Assembly (NCBI RefSeq): GCF_009914755.1
Contig: NC_060937.1
DNA length: 64,000 nucleotides
Source of the DNA: the human T2T-CHM13v2.0 reference genome, Homo sapiens
Direction: 5' to 3' (one strand)
A program made the position numbers and the translations under genes. A model generated the notes under the pieces. It did not search any database. It saw only the letters and a list, made by a program, of their open reading frames with translations, and was not told where the DNA came from. Below, piece by piece: positions 43,184 to 57,339 of the stretch. The first letter of the stretch is position 1, and every line of letters begins with the position of its first letter.

Positions 43184-43343
43184 CAAGGGAATAAGTTACT
43201 CTAGGGATAACAGCACAATCCTATTCTAGAGTCCATATCGACAATAGGGTTTACGACCTCGGTGTTGTATCAGGACATCCTAATGGTGTAGCTGCTATCA
43301 AGGGTTCGTTTGTTCAATGATTACAGTCCTACATGATCTGAGT
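43184..43343 (+). pseudogene. MT-RNR2: NUMT: fragment of mitochondrial 16S rRNA (domain V)
   Basis: CTAGGGATAACAGC..AATCCTATTCTAGAGTCCATATC..CAATAGGGTTTACGACCTCG..TCAGGACATCC..GGTTCGTTTGTTCAA..GTCCTAC..TGATCTGAGT is collinear with mt-16S, with scattered substitutions. Confidence 0.95.
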
Positions 43344-43589
43344 GACACACACGTTACACATGTAGAAAATTCCTTTTTACTCACTTTTACTCCCATCTCC
43401 AGCCTTATCTTTGTATTCTCTTTTATGGTTAAAGTGGTTATTTGACATATCTCTTTCTCTTCACCTCATTTATTAAATAAATTTCAATCATGCTTATGCA
43501 GAACACCACTCCAACAGTATGTCCAGATCACCTAAGATAACCATATTGATAAATTATGTTGACAGTTCTCAGCCTCCATATCTCTTTAC

Positions 43590-44858
43590 CTCAGTGTTCT
43601 GCTGAGAGCATTTCTGTGTGCTGAGGTGGGGAGAGCATAGCAATTGTGAGACACAGAACTCAGTGCTGCTCTATTAGAGTAGAAAGGGACGCCAGACCAA
43701 ACTCAGCTGATGCCCACACACAGAGGGAACATTTAAACCACGGCTAGCCAGAGGAAAATTGCCAAACCCAGCAGTCAGAAATTGAGTTCCTGCAAACCTC
43801 TTCACCACCTTGGGCTAAAGTGCTAAAGGGCATACTTCAATCTGAGAGAAAAGAACGTTAATGAGAAATACGTAATAACCTCATGATACACAATTCACTG
43901 GTAACAGTAACTACACAGAAAATCACAGAATATTATAACACTGTAACTGTGGTGTGTAAACTATTCTTATGGTAAGAGCAAAGACTAAATGATAAACCAA
44001 TCAAAATAATAAGTACAGCAACTTTTCAAGACATAGACAGCACAATAAGATAAAAAAACAACAAAATCTTAAAAAGCAGGAGGACAGAGTCAAAGTTTAG
44101 AATTTCATTAGTTTTTTTCTTATTCTTTTGTTTGCTTATGCAAATAATGTTAAGCTACCATAGGATCCAGCAATCCTCCTGCTGGATATATACCCAAAAG
44201 AAAGGAAATTAGTACATTGAAGAGATATCTACACTCCCACATTTGTTGCAGTACTGTACACAATAGCCAAGATTTGAAAGCAACCTAAGTGTCCATCAAC
44301 AGATGAATGAATCAAGAAAATGGGGTACATTTACACAATAGAGGCACTATTCAGCCATTAAATAGAATGAGATCCTGTCATTTACACAACATGGATGTAA
44401 CTGGACGATATTATGTTACATGAAATATGCCAGGTACATAAATATAAACATTACATGCTATCACTTATTTGTGGGATCTAAAAATCCAAGGAATTGAACT
44501 CATGGGCATAGAGAGTAGAAGGATGGCTACAAGAGGCTAGGAAGAGTAGTGGGGCAGTGGGGAGGATGTGGAGATGGTTAATACATACAAAAAAAATAGA
44601 AAGAATGAATAAGACTGATTATTTGATAGCACAACAGTGGGACTACAGTCAACAACAATTAATTGTACATTTTAAAAATAACTAAGAGTACAATTAGATT
44701 GTTTGCAATGCAAAGGATAAATTCTTGAGGGATGGATACCCCATTCTCCAATGATGTGATTGTTATGAATTGCATGCCTATATTAAAACATCTCATGTAT
44801 CCAATAAATACATACATCCACAATGTACACACAAAAATTGAAAAGAAAAAAATTAAGA
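43590..44858 (+). mobile_element. L1MA (L1MA2/3-like) mosaic: 5'UTR piece, inter-ORF piece and 3' end
   Basis: CTACCATAGGATCCAGCAATCC (ORF2 end), 3'UTR GATGGATACCCCATT...AAACATCTCATGTA, and an A-rich tail. Confidence 0.85.
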
Positions 44859-45902
44859 ATATGCCATATCATTTTGCTATAAATTTTATAATACTTTTAA
44901 TTGAATTATCTTGCATGCTTTTAATGTTGAATTATTTAAAAATGTGAACAAATAAAAATGGTTAAATATAGAAATGATTATTATATATGCAACCAAAAAT
45001 GGACACATAGACTAATCATAGTATTTCTGTATGCCTGAGCTACTAAAAGGAGACTGTTCTATCAGTCTTACATAATGCTCCATTCTCTGGCCTCTCTGCA
45101 TAAAAATGACATATACTATCACTTCATTTCTGGAGTATGCATAATATCTCCCAATGTTTTATAATTCTCTCCATAGAGATCTTGAATATCTTTTAAAGTT
45201 ATACCCCTAGTTATGATACTTTTTGATACCACTTATAATTCATTCATGATTTAAATTTTATTTTCTAATTTTCCTTGTTGGCCATGTAAAAATACAAATA
45301 ATTCTTTGAATATTGACCCTTTACTCACCGATTTTGCTAATTTACTCATTCTTTGAATCTTCTGGATTTTTCTACCTATACAATGATATGATCTGCCAAA
45401 AATACATATATATATATATTGCATGTAAACACTTACATAAGTAAATAGCATTTCTGATTTTTCAAGCCTTGAGTGTTTTTTTTACCCCTTGTAATAGATT
45501 TAACAGATTTTTGTTGATAGATGTATTTTTATCTAAAGATTACCTTTATATTATTTATAACTTCTAAGGGACTTTTCTGGATGTCATGTCTAAGATCACT
45601 ATTAGTAGATTGTGAAGGTAATTTATCATATAAAATTTTTGAGCCTTATTAAGCTATTTTAGCTCTTATTAAGATACATGTTAATAGATTTCCTAATCAA
45701 ATATCACATCATTTCTCTTATTAAAAAAAGTCATAACTGAAATTGTCTATAGTGCAACACAGACACGTATTTAAACAGCAATTTGTGTGTCTATGTATGT
45801 GGAGTTAGTTTTCAATATTTTATTTGTGATGTGTATGTATTTATAATTTAAATCGAATCATTAAGGTAAGATTTTTAAGCTCTTTTGAATAAATTAGACA
45901 GT

Positions 45903-46198
45903 ATTTATTTATTTATTTATTTATTTAATTTATTTATCCTGCTCTGTCACCTAGGCTGGCACAATCTTGGCTCACTGCAACTTCTGCCTCCCTGGTTCAA
46001 GCAATTCTCCCTCCTCAGCCTCCCAAGTAGCTGGGATTACAGGAACCCGCCACCACAGCAGACTAATTTTTGTAATTTTGTAGAGATGGGGTTTCGCCAT
46101 GTTGGCCAGGCTGGTCTTGAACTTTTGACCTCAAGTGATCCACCCACCTCGGCCTCCCAAAGTGCTGTGATTGCAGGTGTGAGCCACTGTTCCCAGCC
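45903..46198 (-). mobile_element. AluSx/Sz-like with small internal deletions
   Basis: (TTTA)n tail. TSD TAGACAGTATTT / TAGATATTATTT. Confidence 0.93.
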
Positions 46199-46199
46199 T

Positions 46200-47300
46200 A
46201 GATATTATTTTAGAGTAATTGAAGAGACTACCTAAATTGTCTATAGTGGTATAAGTTTGAATTGTCTCTTCCTTTGAAATTCAGTAACAGTTGATTGTAA
46301 AATGTTTTTGGCATGATCTTTATGTGTCTAAGTATAAAATTTTAGAGTCACTTTCAGATTTTCTTTCTTTTTTAGAGCTAGCTCTTATAATTTGAATTTT
46401 TTCTAGAAAAGAAATTGTTTTCTAGTAATTCAAGGTTTAAGAGGTTATTTCTAAAAATAATAAAAAAATTATTTCTAAAAGTAAAAAAAAAATTTTTTAT
46501 TTTAAAATCACTGCTGGTTTTGTATTAATGCCCACTTTGTCATTTTTGCTTCTTCTATTTCCTCTCTTTATCAATGATTTGAAGGTTGCATCTTCATGAA
46601 AAATGCTTTGGTGTTTTTTTTTTTTTCTTTTATAATTCTCTTCTTTAAATTTTTTCCTCATACCTTTGGTCTGCTCTAACTAAATTTTTCTTCTGTTTTC
46701 TTTGATTCCATTCTCACTTTTCTTTCTTAAGATTTTCTCTTATAAGAAATTGATGCTATATTTTCATTATCTCTTTATTTTCAACCAGTACGCTTAGTAG
46801 TTTGTTTTTAATCATTAAAATATAATTATATAAAGTCTATGTCATCTTCATTACAATTTCTTGTCTTTTGATTTACTATTTAGAACATTTTTAAATTTTT
46901 GTGTTTTAAGTATTTTTTTGTAGCAACATTTTGGTTTATTTTTTATTTCAATTATAGTTTGTCCCAAGATTGTATTCTGTGTGATATGGATTATTTGGAA
47001 TTTATTGAAACCTGCTTTATGTCCTAAACTATGATCAATTTCCAAATTTATTCCCAATGTAATTGAGAACACTGTATTCACAAAAATCAAGAGTATTAAT
47101 TATGCTGTTTAAATCCTCCAAATTGTTACTAATTATCTTATTGTTGATATGATAATAAATAAGAGAGAACTATGTGAATGGCTTTCAATTATAAAGTGTT
47201 GTTTAATTCCTTTCTGCTAGGCTGGCATTTTGATTTATATATTTGAAGTTATTGTTACTGTAGTTTGGTTTGTGATAAATGGCTGGAATTTGACAATGGA
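46200..47300 (-). mobile_element. Degraded L1ME ORF2 5' part; also about 45150-45890
   Basis: ORF 46851-47090 contains IDHSLGHKAGFNKFQ, similar to the L1 endonuclease motif IDHILGHK. Confidence 0.65.
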
Positions 47301-47927
47301 TTTCTTCTCTTTTCCATTTCTCTTAATCTATTTTATATTTTATTCTATGCGGAATTTATTTTTTCCTCAGATTTGTGTTCTGGCTGACTAATCGGAATTT
47401 TGTGTAATACGAATTTTAACTTATTGAATAAATAATTATGTTTAATTTAATGGTTATATATATTTTTTGTTTTGTAACCATTATTTGTATATGCATATTT
47501 TAACATTTTTCTTTTATTCAATCCATTTTCTTAGATCTTCTGGCACCCAATACTGCTACTTATTAGTTCTTCTATACCTTTTTTATGATAATTAAGACCT
47601 CTTTCCTTTCTTTACTATTCTGTAATTTGTTTCTATTCTTTTTATTTTTACTGTTTATATTGACGGTTTATTTATAATTTGAATTATGAGGACGTTTGTG
47701 AAGCACTTTACATTTTGGAGTCTTAATTACAAGGTCAGAGTTTGTAATTTGTATTAATTTGTTCTTGGCTTTTGGGGTATTTTCAACCCAGTAATGTTTT
47801 ATGTTTATTTTTAGCATAAAGTTTATAGATCATACAGCTTATACAAATTCTGCCCCCAGAACAGATGAGGCAAGACTTGTCCTCATAAGTCTTTTGGATA
47901 TGTTGAGATATTTTTTCCTTGCCATCC

Positions 47928-48463
47928 TGTGATATAGTTTTTGTTTTTAAATTCTTTATCAATACAGTTTTGAGGCCTTGCCTAGAAGCCAGTCAGTTCC
48001 TCTTCTTAGCAGCTGATTAACTCTATATCCTAATCACTTCCTTTATCAAACTGTCATATTCCAGGGCACTAGCCATTCACTCTAATTGCTGCATGGTTAG
48101 GTACCAGACAATTAGAAACAGTCCCTATGCCCAGGAGTTTGTGAAATTATCCAATTAGCCAACTCACAGGGAGCCTCTGAGAAACCCAGCTAACCCCAAC
48201 CTGCTTGCCATTAATGCCTGGAATTTGATATTAGATTTCTTCCCCCTTTAGCTCATTTGCTACACATTTATTTCCCCTAACATTTCCAGATGATTGTTAT
48301 CCTGTCCCATGTGCAACTATATTGGTAGGCTTGCCTGGGGTCTTTTCTCATTTGAAGTTGTAAGTAATAAAAAATTCTGCCTTTTATCTATCCAAGTGTC
48401 AATGTATTGGATCACACCATGAAGGAATTTATAAATCCTATGAAACAACTGACACTTTAAACA
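47928..48463 (+). mobile_element. ERVL-class LTR (MER54/MER73/MER74 group)
   Basis: TGTGATA start, core AGGTACCAGACAATTAGAAACAGTCCCTATGCCC...GAAATTATCCAATTAGCCAA, AATAAA near 48366, ends ...AACA. Confidence 0.65.
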
Positions 48464-50700
48464 AGGTGGTGTAGCCATGACCATTGATTCTTAGGAAGCA
48501 GGAGGTGCAAGTGGGGGTGCACTTAGGTTACTAAATGGTTCCAAAACACCTCAAGAATGGCTTGAGACAGAACTGCTTTCTTTAGCCTTGTAGCTTTCTG
48601 TTGTGTCTGTAGGTGGTGGCCAGTCTCTTCATACTTCCTCCCCCCGCCAAAGATTAAGGGATAGGTACTAGAGCTGTATTTTCCTGGGTCAGAGCGTTCA
48701 GATGTGTTTGTTGTCACTGTGTTTGGCAGAGGCCTATTCTAGATGCCCTTCACTTTTTGTTGATGATATTTTAAAAAACTATTATTTGGGGCAAAGCTTT
48801 GGTTTGTTCCTGTGTTTCAGGCTCTTTTTGCAGAAAGGTGGTGGTTGGACTTCTCCACTGTATATAAATATCTCCTTGTCCCTGTTGCCCAATGGGCATA
48901 GGGTCTACCTATCTTCTTTGCTGCTGTATACCTCACTGCTATGGCCAGCCAACTTCATACTTCCCAGACCCTCATGATTACACATGAATTGCACTGTTGG
49001 AGACCAGTAGCCCAGTGTTTAATTCAAAAAGAGTTTTGGGGCAAGAAAAGGGATATCCCATTCTTGCACCCTTCTTCTCCTTTGGCATATTCCACTTGCA
49101 GGAGGGAGGGTCCTCACTTGTCCTCAGTCCCTTCACACATACCATAGTCCTGAAGGATATTAGTCTTCTCCTAGACCCCTTGGCTACCTAAAGAGCCCCT
49201 TAGGATCAACTGAGTAAACAGCAATAGGAGTTCATAGTTTATGAGAATGGCATTGCCTTCGTCACAAATGATGGAGCTCTGTGGAATATAACTGTTTTCC
49301 ATTTCTAAACTAGGATGTCCCTGATATAGGACAAGATCCAAGAATCTGCACAGTTGCCCAAATATCAGGTTGTCATTTTAGCACTAGATGCTCTGGTCAG
49401 CAGTGCACAAAATGTGCTCCATCTGCACATTTTTACAAACTATGGGTCATTGTCCAAGAGTTGCCCCCTTCAGGGTAAAGTCCCTGGGAATCTCTTGCCT
49501 CGCAGACACTCAGTATATCAAGGTGACACATGTCTAAATATACTAGGTCCATAATATTAAGCCCTCAACAGGGTAATATATTTCTTTCAGAGTTCCAGAC
49601 ACTATGATAGTAACCAAGGAACTCATTTCACTTCTCAGAATATAGAGTACACAATGCTAGGCTCCTGGAAAAGACATTCAATAAAACTCTCATATTCCCA
49701 ATAGATACTGGATTAGATGACACAATGATTTTCTCAAACTCCTTTATAAATTCCTGTTTACCAAATGGACCCCTAAATTGGTGTCTATCTTGCTCCAGGC
49801 TTTAATTTCTCTAAATTCAAGGCACTTTTGGCTAACTTACACATTACACAAACAGTAAAAAAAGAAATATTTCCATAACCCTTTAACCATATGTTGTCCT
49901 GCATATGGTCCCATATGCTTTCCATCTGAAACAGAACCCATCTGAGCCCAAAATTCCACCACCCCTAAATCCTCCTCAATATTCTAGTTCTAAGAAATAG
50001 ATAATTACTCCAACTCTCCTTATAATTTCCTCCAAAGAATTAAAATTAGTGCTTCAGTGTTGTTCTCACAACATGAACTCACAAGAAGAGAAATAAGAAA
50101 TCCCACTTAGTAAATAAAATCACATTTGTAAATAATAATGAAATCAACACCATATCTCATAATGATGAAAGCAGACAACTTTAGTTTAATGCATGCCTAA
50201 GAAAATCAATATCAGACAACAAAAGCTTGTCACGGCACATACACACAATTCTGCTGGCGATTAGTCTTATCAATATTGGTCTGGATGCTTTCCTTTTTTT
50301 GCAATATGAAGGCTCAAATGCTCCAAGTAAACCTCTCTTTCAACCAATTACAGCAAATACTAAGGCCCACATGCCCTAAAATTTGGCTAATATAAACCCT
50401 GCAGTCCAAAGACTTCAACATTCTTATGTGTCATCAACAAAGGGACAACCAAGTGCCCCAAGTAATTGGATAAATTTAAGAGTCTCCCATAGGCTAATAT
50501 TGGAGCTCCAACCTCCACCACAAATATCTTAATACCTTAACTGGAAAACATCCTAACACCATATTAACCACATGTGCCAAAATAAGGCCATGTGATTTTA
50601 AAACTGATGAATAAGATCCTAATAATGTTAATAACTATCTGTCCCAATATGCTCTAAGCTTTGCCACTGTTCTGTTTTATCAAATATATCACCACTTTAA
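48464..50700 (+). mobile_element. Degraded ERV internal region (pol/integrase remnant)
   Basis: PBS-like TGGTGTAGCC right after the LTR. 49606-49641 translates DSNQGTHFTSQN, similar to the integrase SDQGTHF motif. Right boundary is uncertain. Confidence 0.55.
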
Positions 50701-52384
50701 CATATCCACTTAGGTTTACAGATATAAAATGAATTACCTATATAATATTGGATATTAAAAGACAGGATTTTGAACTCAGATATATTTGGATCTAAAGGTC
50801 ATCTACCTTTCACCGCAGGGGTGTCTCTGATCAGTTTATACTGCCTTATGCCACATAATCGAATCAATATGTATAAGGATGTTCATCAAACTAAGTAGAA
50901 TAAAAAGTAATAAACATAAATCTGTTTTCTAAATTCAGAAAATTCAATTACATAACTGATAATGTATCCAATGCATTCATAAGCTAATTAAAACAAAAAA
51001 TTATTGAATGGTTGCAGAGTTTGGCTTGATAAGTCTTAAATTAAATATATATTTAAACATACTTGATATATGAAAAAATTGTAAGTAATTAAATATGGTG
51101 AAGAGAGATAGAAATATTAGAAATGAAACAAAATTTCAAGAATGTTTGTTGTAGAAATTACATTAACTGATAAAAGTAAAACAGGAGGAATTCTTTGTGT
51201 AAATAATGTCAAGTGTTAGGTCAAATTCAAGGACCCTTGCAAATCATGTAGCAGAGGGTAATCAGAATTAGAAATAAACAACTGAGAGTTGTAATCACGG
51301 AGGTTAAAAATGTGAGAATGAGTGAATCACTACTGTTGAATAACTGAGATAAAGAGAAGACTGATTTTCTAAAATTGGGAAACCTTCATTTTTTGATGGC
51401 ATTAGAAGAAAGAGATCTAGAAAGCAAAGGAAGAGTGGGGGAAGAAACAAAAGTAAAATTATTTGAAAAAAATCAAAAGTTCCATAGAAATTTGTAGTAT
51501 AATCTTCATCAAATTTATCCATGATGAGTTTGCACAAATAAAATGGTGAGAACAATCAACACTATTTGAATTAAGATGATTTCTTAGAAATGCTCAGATT
51601 TTAAAATACATCAGTGTAGTCATTAGTAAGAAGCTGAGAATATTTTTGTGCAAATCATACCTACCTTCCCTTCAGTTCAAGCAATTTAGCATTTTATCCC
51701 AACCAACATGCAACTATGAAGAATGCAACAGACATTACATTATTGAAGTAGCAAAAAGATTATTTTTTTAATTTTTTTGCATATTGCCTATGTAATCCTC
51801 TTGCTGCAAATCTCCTGACATCCTTTTCTATCCTCTCTTATTTCAGTCAACAGCTCTAGGTCACCCTCGGTCCTGATCCTGTCTGATTACTAAGCAGTGT
51901 TCAGCACTGGCTGTCAGATGTTGTCGCTATTTTCCCAGTGGGTGCATCCTGTGACCCTGACAAAGATGCATCATACCACTGATCCTTTTGATTGCTGTAC
52001 TGATTTCTATGATTGTTGCCATCTGCTATACATATAAACAACATCAACAACGCAGAAAGAAAACTACATTAAAAAAAATGAAATCACTCCAAATGGAAGT
52101 ATCCCAAATTGTATATCAAAGACTCACAGACTAGAAATGAACCAAATATTCTAAATATTTAGAGTTTATTTAAAAGTACACTATAAGTATGTGAAGCTTT
52201 TGTTAGTGTGACAACATACATTATTGTAATTATCTTTAAAGTATATAAGACAGATATTTAGCTTTACCTTTATATAAGACACAAAACCAACTCAAAATAA
52301 ATTGAAGTTCTAAAAACATTTTCAGGAAAAAATTTAATGAATTGTACTGTGAGGTTACTTCCATATTGCATTAGGCAAAACAGA

Positions 52385-52690
<306 letters not shown>

Positions 52691-53291
52691 AGAATTAGGC
52701 AAAACACTTTTACTATCTATATATATTTTGATGTAAATTGTTTCATCTAAGGCTCAAAATACAATGAGATAAATTACTTTTCTACATATAGATAGATAAT
52801 TTATGATTCTGACTCTCCAATCAGGCACATTTTGACTGACACACCATATACCTCAAGTTCCGGTTGGTTTCCTGTATCTTTGTAACATTCAGAAAAATAT
52901 CTGGCCTATAATTTTAATTGTGTCCTATCCTTCTTTCTATGAGACTGTCATAGTTAAATAATCTTAATTTTAGAGGATTAAATTTGTAGAAATATGAGAA
53001 ATACTGAGCCTGTGAGATTCTTTTATTTTCTACTCGGGATCAAAACAAGCAATAGTAGGTGTGATCTAAGATGCTATATCTTTTTTCTAGAATTCAACAA
53101 AATAGTTCAGAAATTATAAATCAAAATCAAAGCAGAAACACTCTTATGGTAAAAAAAAAAGTATTATTAGAATTTTCCAAAAGTAATACGTTTTAAGAAA
53201 TTAAGCTTACATACTTATTAATGTGTTCCCTCCTTGATGTCTTACTGATGTGTGATCATTAAATCACATATCAGTAAGATTAAATCTCATA

Positions 53292-53468
53292 TAAAATCTC
53301 GCCTTGAATTGCCATAATCCCTATGTTTCAAGGAAGGACCAGGTGGAGATCATTGAATCATGGGGGCAGTTTCTGCCATGTTGTTCTCATGATGGTGAGT
53401 GAGTTCCCACGAGATCTGATGGTTTTATAAGTAGTTTCCTTCTTCACTCAGCACTTATTTCTCTCTCC
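53292..53468 (+). mobile_element. THE1-like LTR fragment
   Basis: GACCAGGTGGAGATCATTGAATCATGGGGGC...GAGATCTGATGGTTTTATAAG. Confidence 0.85.
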
Positions 53469-53944
53469 AAAAGTTTAGGGAAAAATAAAGGCTGAAGATC
53501 AAGATAGTAGCTGATATCTAATTATAGATTTATAAAAATTATTCATCTAACTATTTACATATATGTTTGGGGGAGAATTCTCTTTATTCCATTTTCTTTT
53601 AAGAAATTTAGTGTTTGTTAATAATACTAGAAGTCTCTACCAAAAGAAATAAGTAAGAATCTCTTGTGGGGAGGCATAGGCATCAGTATCGTTTTCAGTT
53701 ATCCCTCCCTTATAATTGATTCTAATGTGCAATAACCATGTCGGCTATAAATAAAGTCACCTGTTAAAATAACTAAGTACAGAGATTATTTAGAAATAAA
53801 ATTGATAGTTTCTCCAGTTTCCTTCTTGATTGTTCATCTGCTGGAATGTGGATTCAATATTGATAATTTATGGTTTCACAGAAACATTGAGTTTGATGCA
53901 AAACTCTCTTAAGATTATTTCACTGTTCCCTGGTTTGGGAGGTT

Positions 53945-54300
53945 TGATATGGTTTGGCTCTGTGGTTCCACGTAAATCTCACCTTGAATTGTAATGATTC
54001 CTATGTGTCAAGGGCAGACAAGGTGGAGATAATTGAATCATGGACACAGTTTTCTCCATACTGTTTTCATGATAGTGAGTGGGTTCTCACGAGATCTGAT
54101 GGTTTCATAAGGGGCTTCCCCCTTTGCTTGGCACTCATTTCTCTCTCCTGCTGCCCTGTGAAGAGATGCCTCCTGCCATTTTGTAAGTTTCCTGAGGCCT
54201 CCCCAGCCATGCAGAAGTGTGAGTCAGTTAAACCTCTTTTCTTTATAAATTACTCAGTCTCGGGTATTTCTTCATAGCACCATGAGAATAGACTAATACC
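53945..54300 (+). mobile_element. THE1 solo LTR (THE1C/D-like)
   Basis: TGATATGGTTTGGCT ... GAGAATAGACTAATAC, about 355 bp. Confidence 0.93.
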
Positions 54301-54964
54301 CCTAGTAATTTCCTATTTTGTATTTTTAATATGTTGTATTTGGAGTCTATAATTTTCCATTTTTTCTCTTTATTGATTTGCCCAGGATATTATTTATTTT
54401 GTTAGAACCAGCAACTGGATTGATTCTGTCACTCTACCTGTATCTGTTCCCTAATTTATGAATTCATATTATCTTAACCACTTTTGCCCTTTTGTTTTCT
54501 TGAATTTATTTTGCTCTTGTCCTTTATTTACTAAGCGGCAATATTTCATTTTTATTCTTTTTATTCTGCTCTCCTACTTGTATCATCTTCTATGGTAGAG
54601 AACAGAATGGCTGCCAGTAAGGTAAAATAGACCCTCCCGGGCTAGAAAAGCTCAGGGATCATTATAAAATAACTCTCCAATTAGGCATATTCTGGCTGAC
54701 ACACCATATACTCTGAAGTTCTATTTGCTTTCTTGGGTCCTCATAACATCCAGAAATATCTGGAGTATAATTTTAATTGGGTCTCATCCTTCTTTTTAAG
54801 AAACTGCTGTAGTTAATTGCATCCCGCCTAATATGCTTTCTTACCCTAGTTGTTTCCTGAACAGCCAGCCTCTGAGACAACCTATCCCTCTGGGCACTGA
54901 AACCTAGACTATGCTGGTTTTTTGTTTTTGTTTTTGTTTTTGTTTTTAACAAACTCATTTCCCA

Positions 54965-55350
54965 CCTACTATTGAATGTTTGTTTTCCCAAAAATTCATG
55001 TCTTGTAATTCTAACCCTAATGTGATGGTATTAGATGATGGAGCCCTTGGAAATTAATGGATCATGAGTATTTCACTTTCATGATGGGATTAATGCTCTT
55101 ACAAAAGACACCTCCGAAAGTTCTTTCACTTCTATTCTGCTATGAGATGACACAGTAAGAAAGCTGTGCATAAGGAAGTGTCTGTGAATCGGAAAGTGTC
55201 TGTGAACCAGGAAGTAAACCCTCACCAGACACGGAATCTGCTGATGCATTGCTCTTGGATTCCTCAGCCACTAGGACTTGAGATACAAATGTTTTTTGTT
55301 TAAGCTAGCCAATAAATGGTAATTTGTTACAGCAGCTCAGACAGACACTG
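54965..55350 (+). mobile_element. MaLR LTR (MLT1A/MSTC-D-like)
   Basis: AAAATTCATG, ATGTGATGGTATTAG, CCCTCACCAGACAC and TTTGTTACAGCAGC. Confidence 0.8.
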
Positions 55351-55591
55351 CTCTAGCCTATCTCATCAAGCCCTGTCACTGTGCCTTTTGAAACGCAAAA
55401 ATCTACTGATACTAGCAAGATTTTCTTTCACTTGCATTTAAGACAAAATTCAAACAAGTTATTTAACCAAATGTGGATTTGTTTATCTCTGGTTTCAAAT
55501 TCAGTGATTGGATAGGACAGACTTATTATGGTGACTCAATGATACTATCAGGAAATCCTTATCTTTTGGCTTTTGGTTTTTCTATCCTTAG

Positions 55592-56094
<503 letters not shown>

Positions 56095-57339
56095 AAGTCT
56101 GTACCCTTTTAACACATAGGCTAGAAGTACTAGTGATTCCTTCCAAATAAAATATCGGTCTATTTATTTAAGAAAAGGAGAAGAATGGATATTGTGTGAG
56201 GCAACTAGAATTTTAAAGCACTACCTATGTCCTCAAATTTTTCTCAAATGATGATTTTACCTTTTGTTCTAGATGAAATTTGACTGACCTTGAATAAATC
56301 ATTTTATAAAATTTTACCCATACATACATCGCATGGACTTTAACGTCTAGATTAGGGTATGGTGCTCTCTTTGCTATACTTCTTCCAAAATATTTTTCTT
56401 ATTTTCGCTTTCAAAAGCCACAGATAATTTGCCAGCAGAAAATAATAACTATTCCTATTATATAGTTCTATCGTTTATAAAACTCTTAGTCAACATAATT
56501 TTTTGTTAACTTGATAAAATTGCTCTCCATTTTTGCTCCACAACTCTTTTTGTCAGTATTCTTGACAACTGCTTAATCTACACTGGCATTTTACTCTCTT
56601 GATTTCCTGAGATCAAAAGTTTTTCTTGACTTTCCATTTCAAACATTCATTGTAATATTTTACTACTCCAGTAATTCTGCAATACCCAATTAAAGTATTG
56701 GGTATTAAAGATATACCTAATCCTGAAAACAAGCTTCCCGATCTCATTTCCTCACTTCCGTTTTACGTGATTTATTTTCCATTTTCTTGAATAAACTCAT
56801 GCCCTTGTTAATATAATTTGACGCATTGCTTTACTCATCTTCTGCAATAATTGCTAAAAATAAAAAAGGACAGTACTTGTGAATTTCTAATCCTTGTCTA
56901 CAATACTGTTGGAGAAGTTTGAAAATGTATGGGAGTCACGTAATTTGAATGTTATGATCATGAATCACTGATGGGTACTCAACACTGACCCTGCAATCTG
57001 AAATATTTTAAAAAATAATATGTTGCCCCTTTTACTTGGATGATTTATTGGCATGTGTTTAACGTATTGATCTATAAGCATTATTTCTATACGCTTTTTT
57101 GTTCTTATCTAAAATTCTATTGAGGAAAGAATCTATTAGATAAAAACTGCTACATTTTTCTGTCATCAAATGAATCACACTACTTTTACCAGTAATCTAT
57201 CTATTTTTTTTCCACGTGAATAAAAGCACTCCTAGCTTTGATCTAAAGCTGATCTTTTTACTTTGGCTGAATCATGTAATTTCTTACATGACTAAATCTA
57301 TTTTATACCTTGTGTTCCCCCTCCAACTAGATCATTGGA

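Noticed and set aside
43262-43323. Nuclear copy of the mitochondrial-derived peptide SHLP6 (MLDQDIPMVQPLLKVRLFND)
   Set aside because: The start is GTG, not ATG, and codon 10 is TAG (VLYQDILMV*), so the frame is disrupted.
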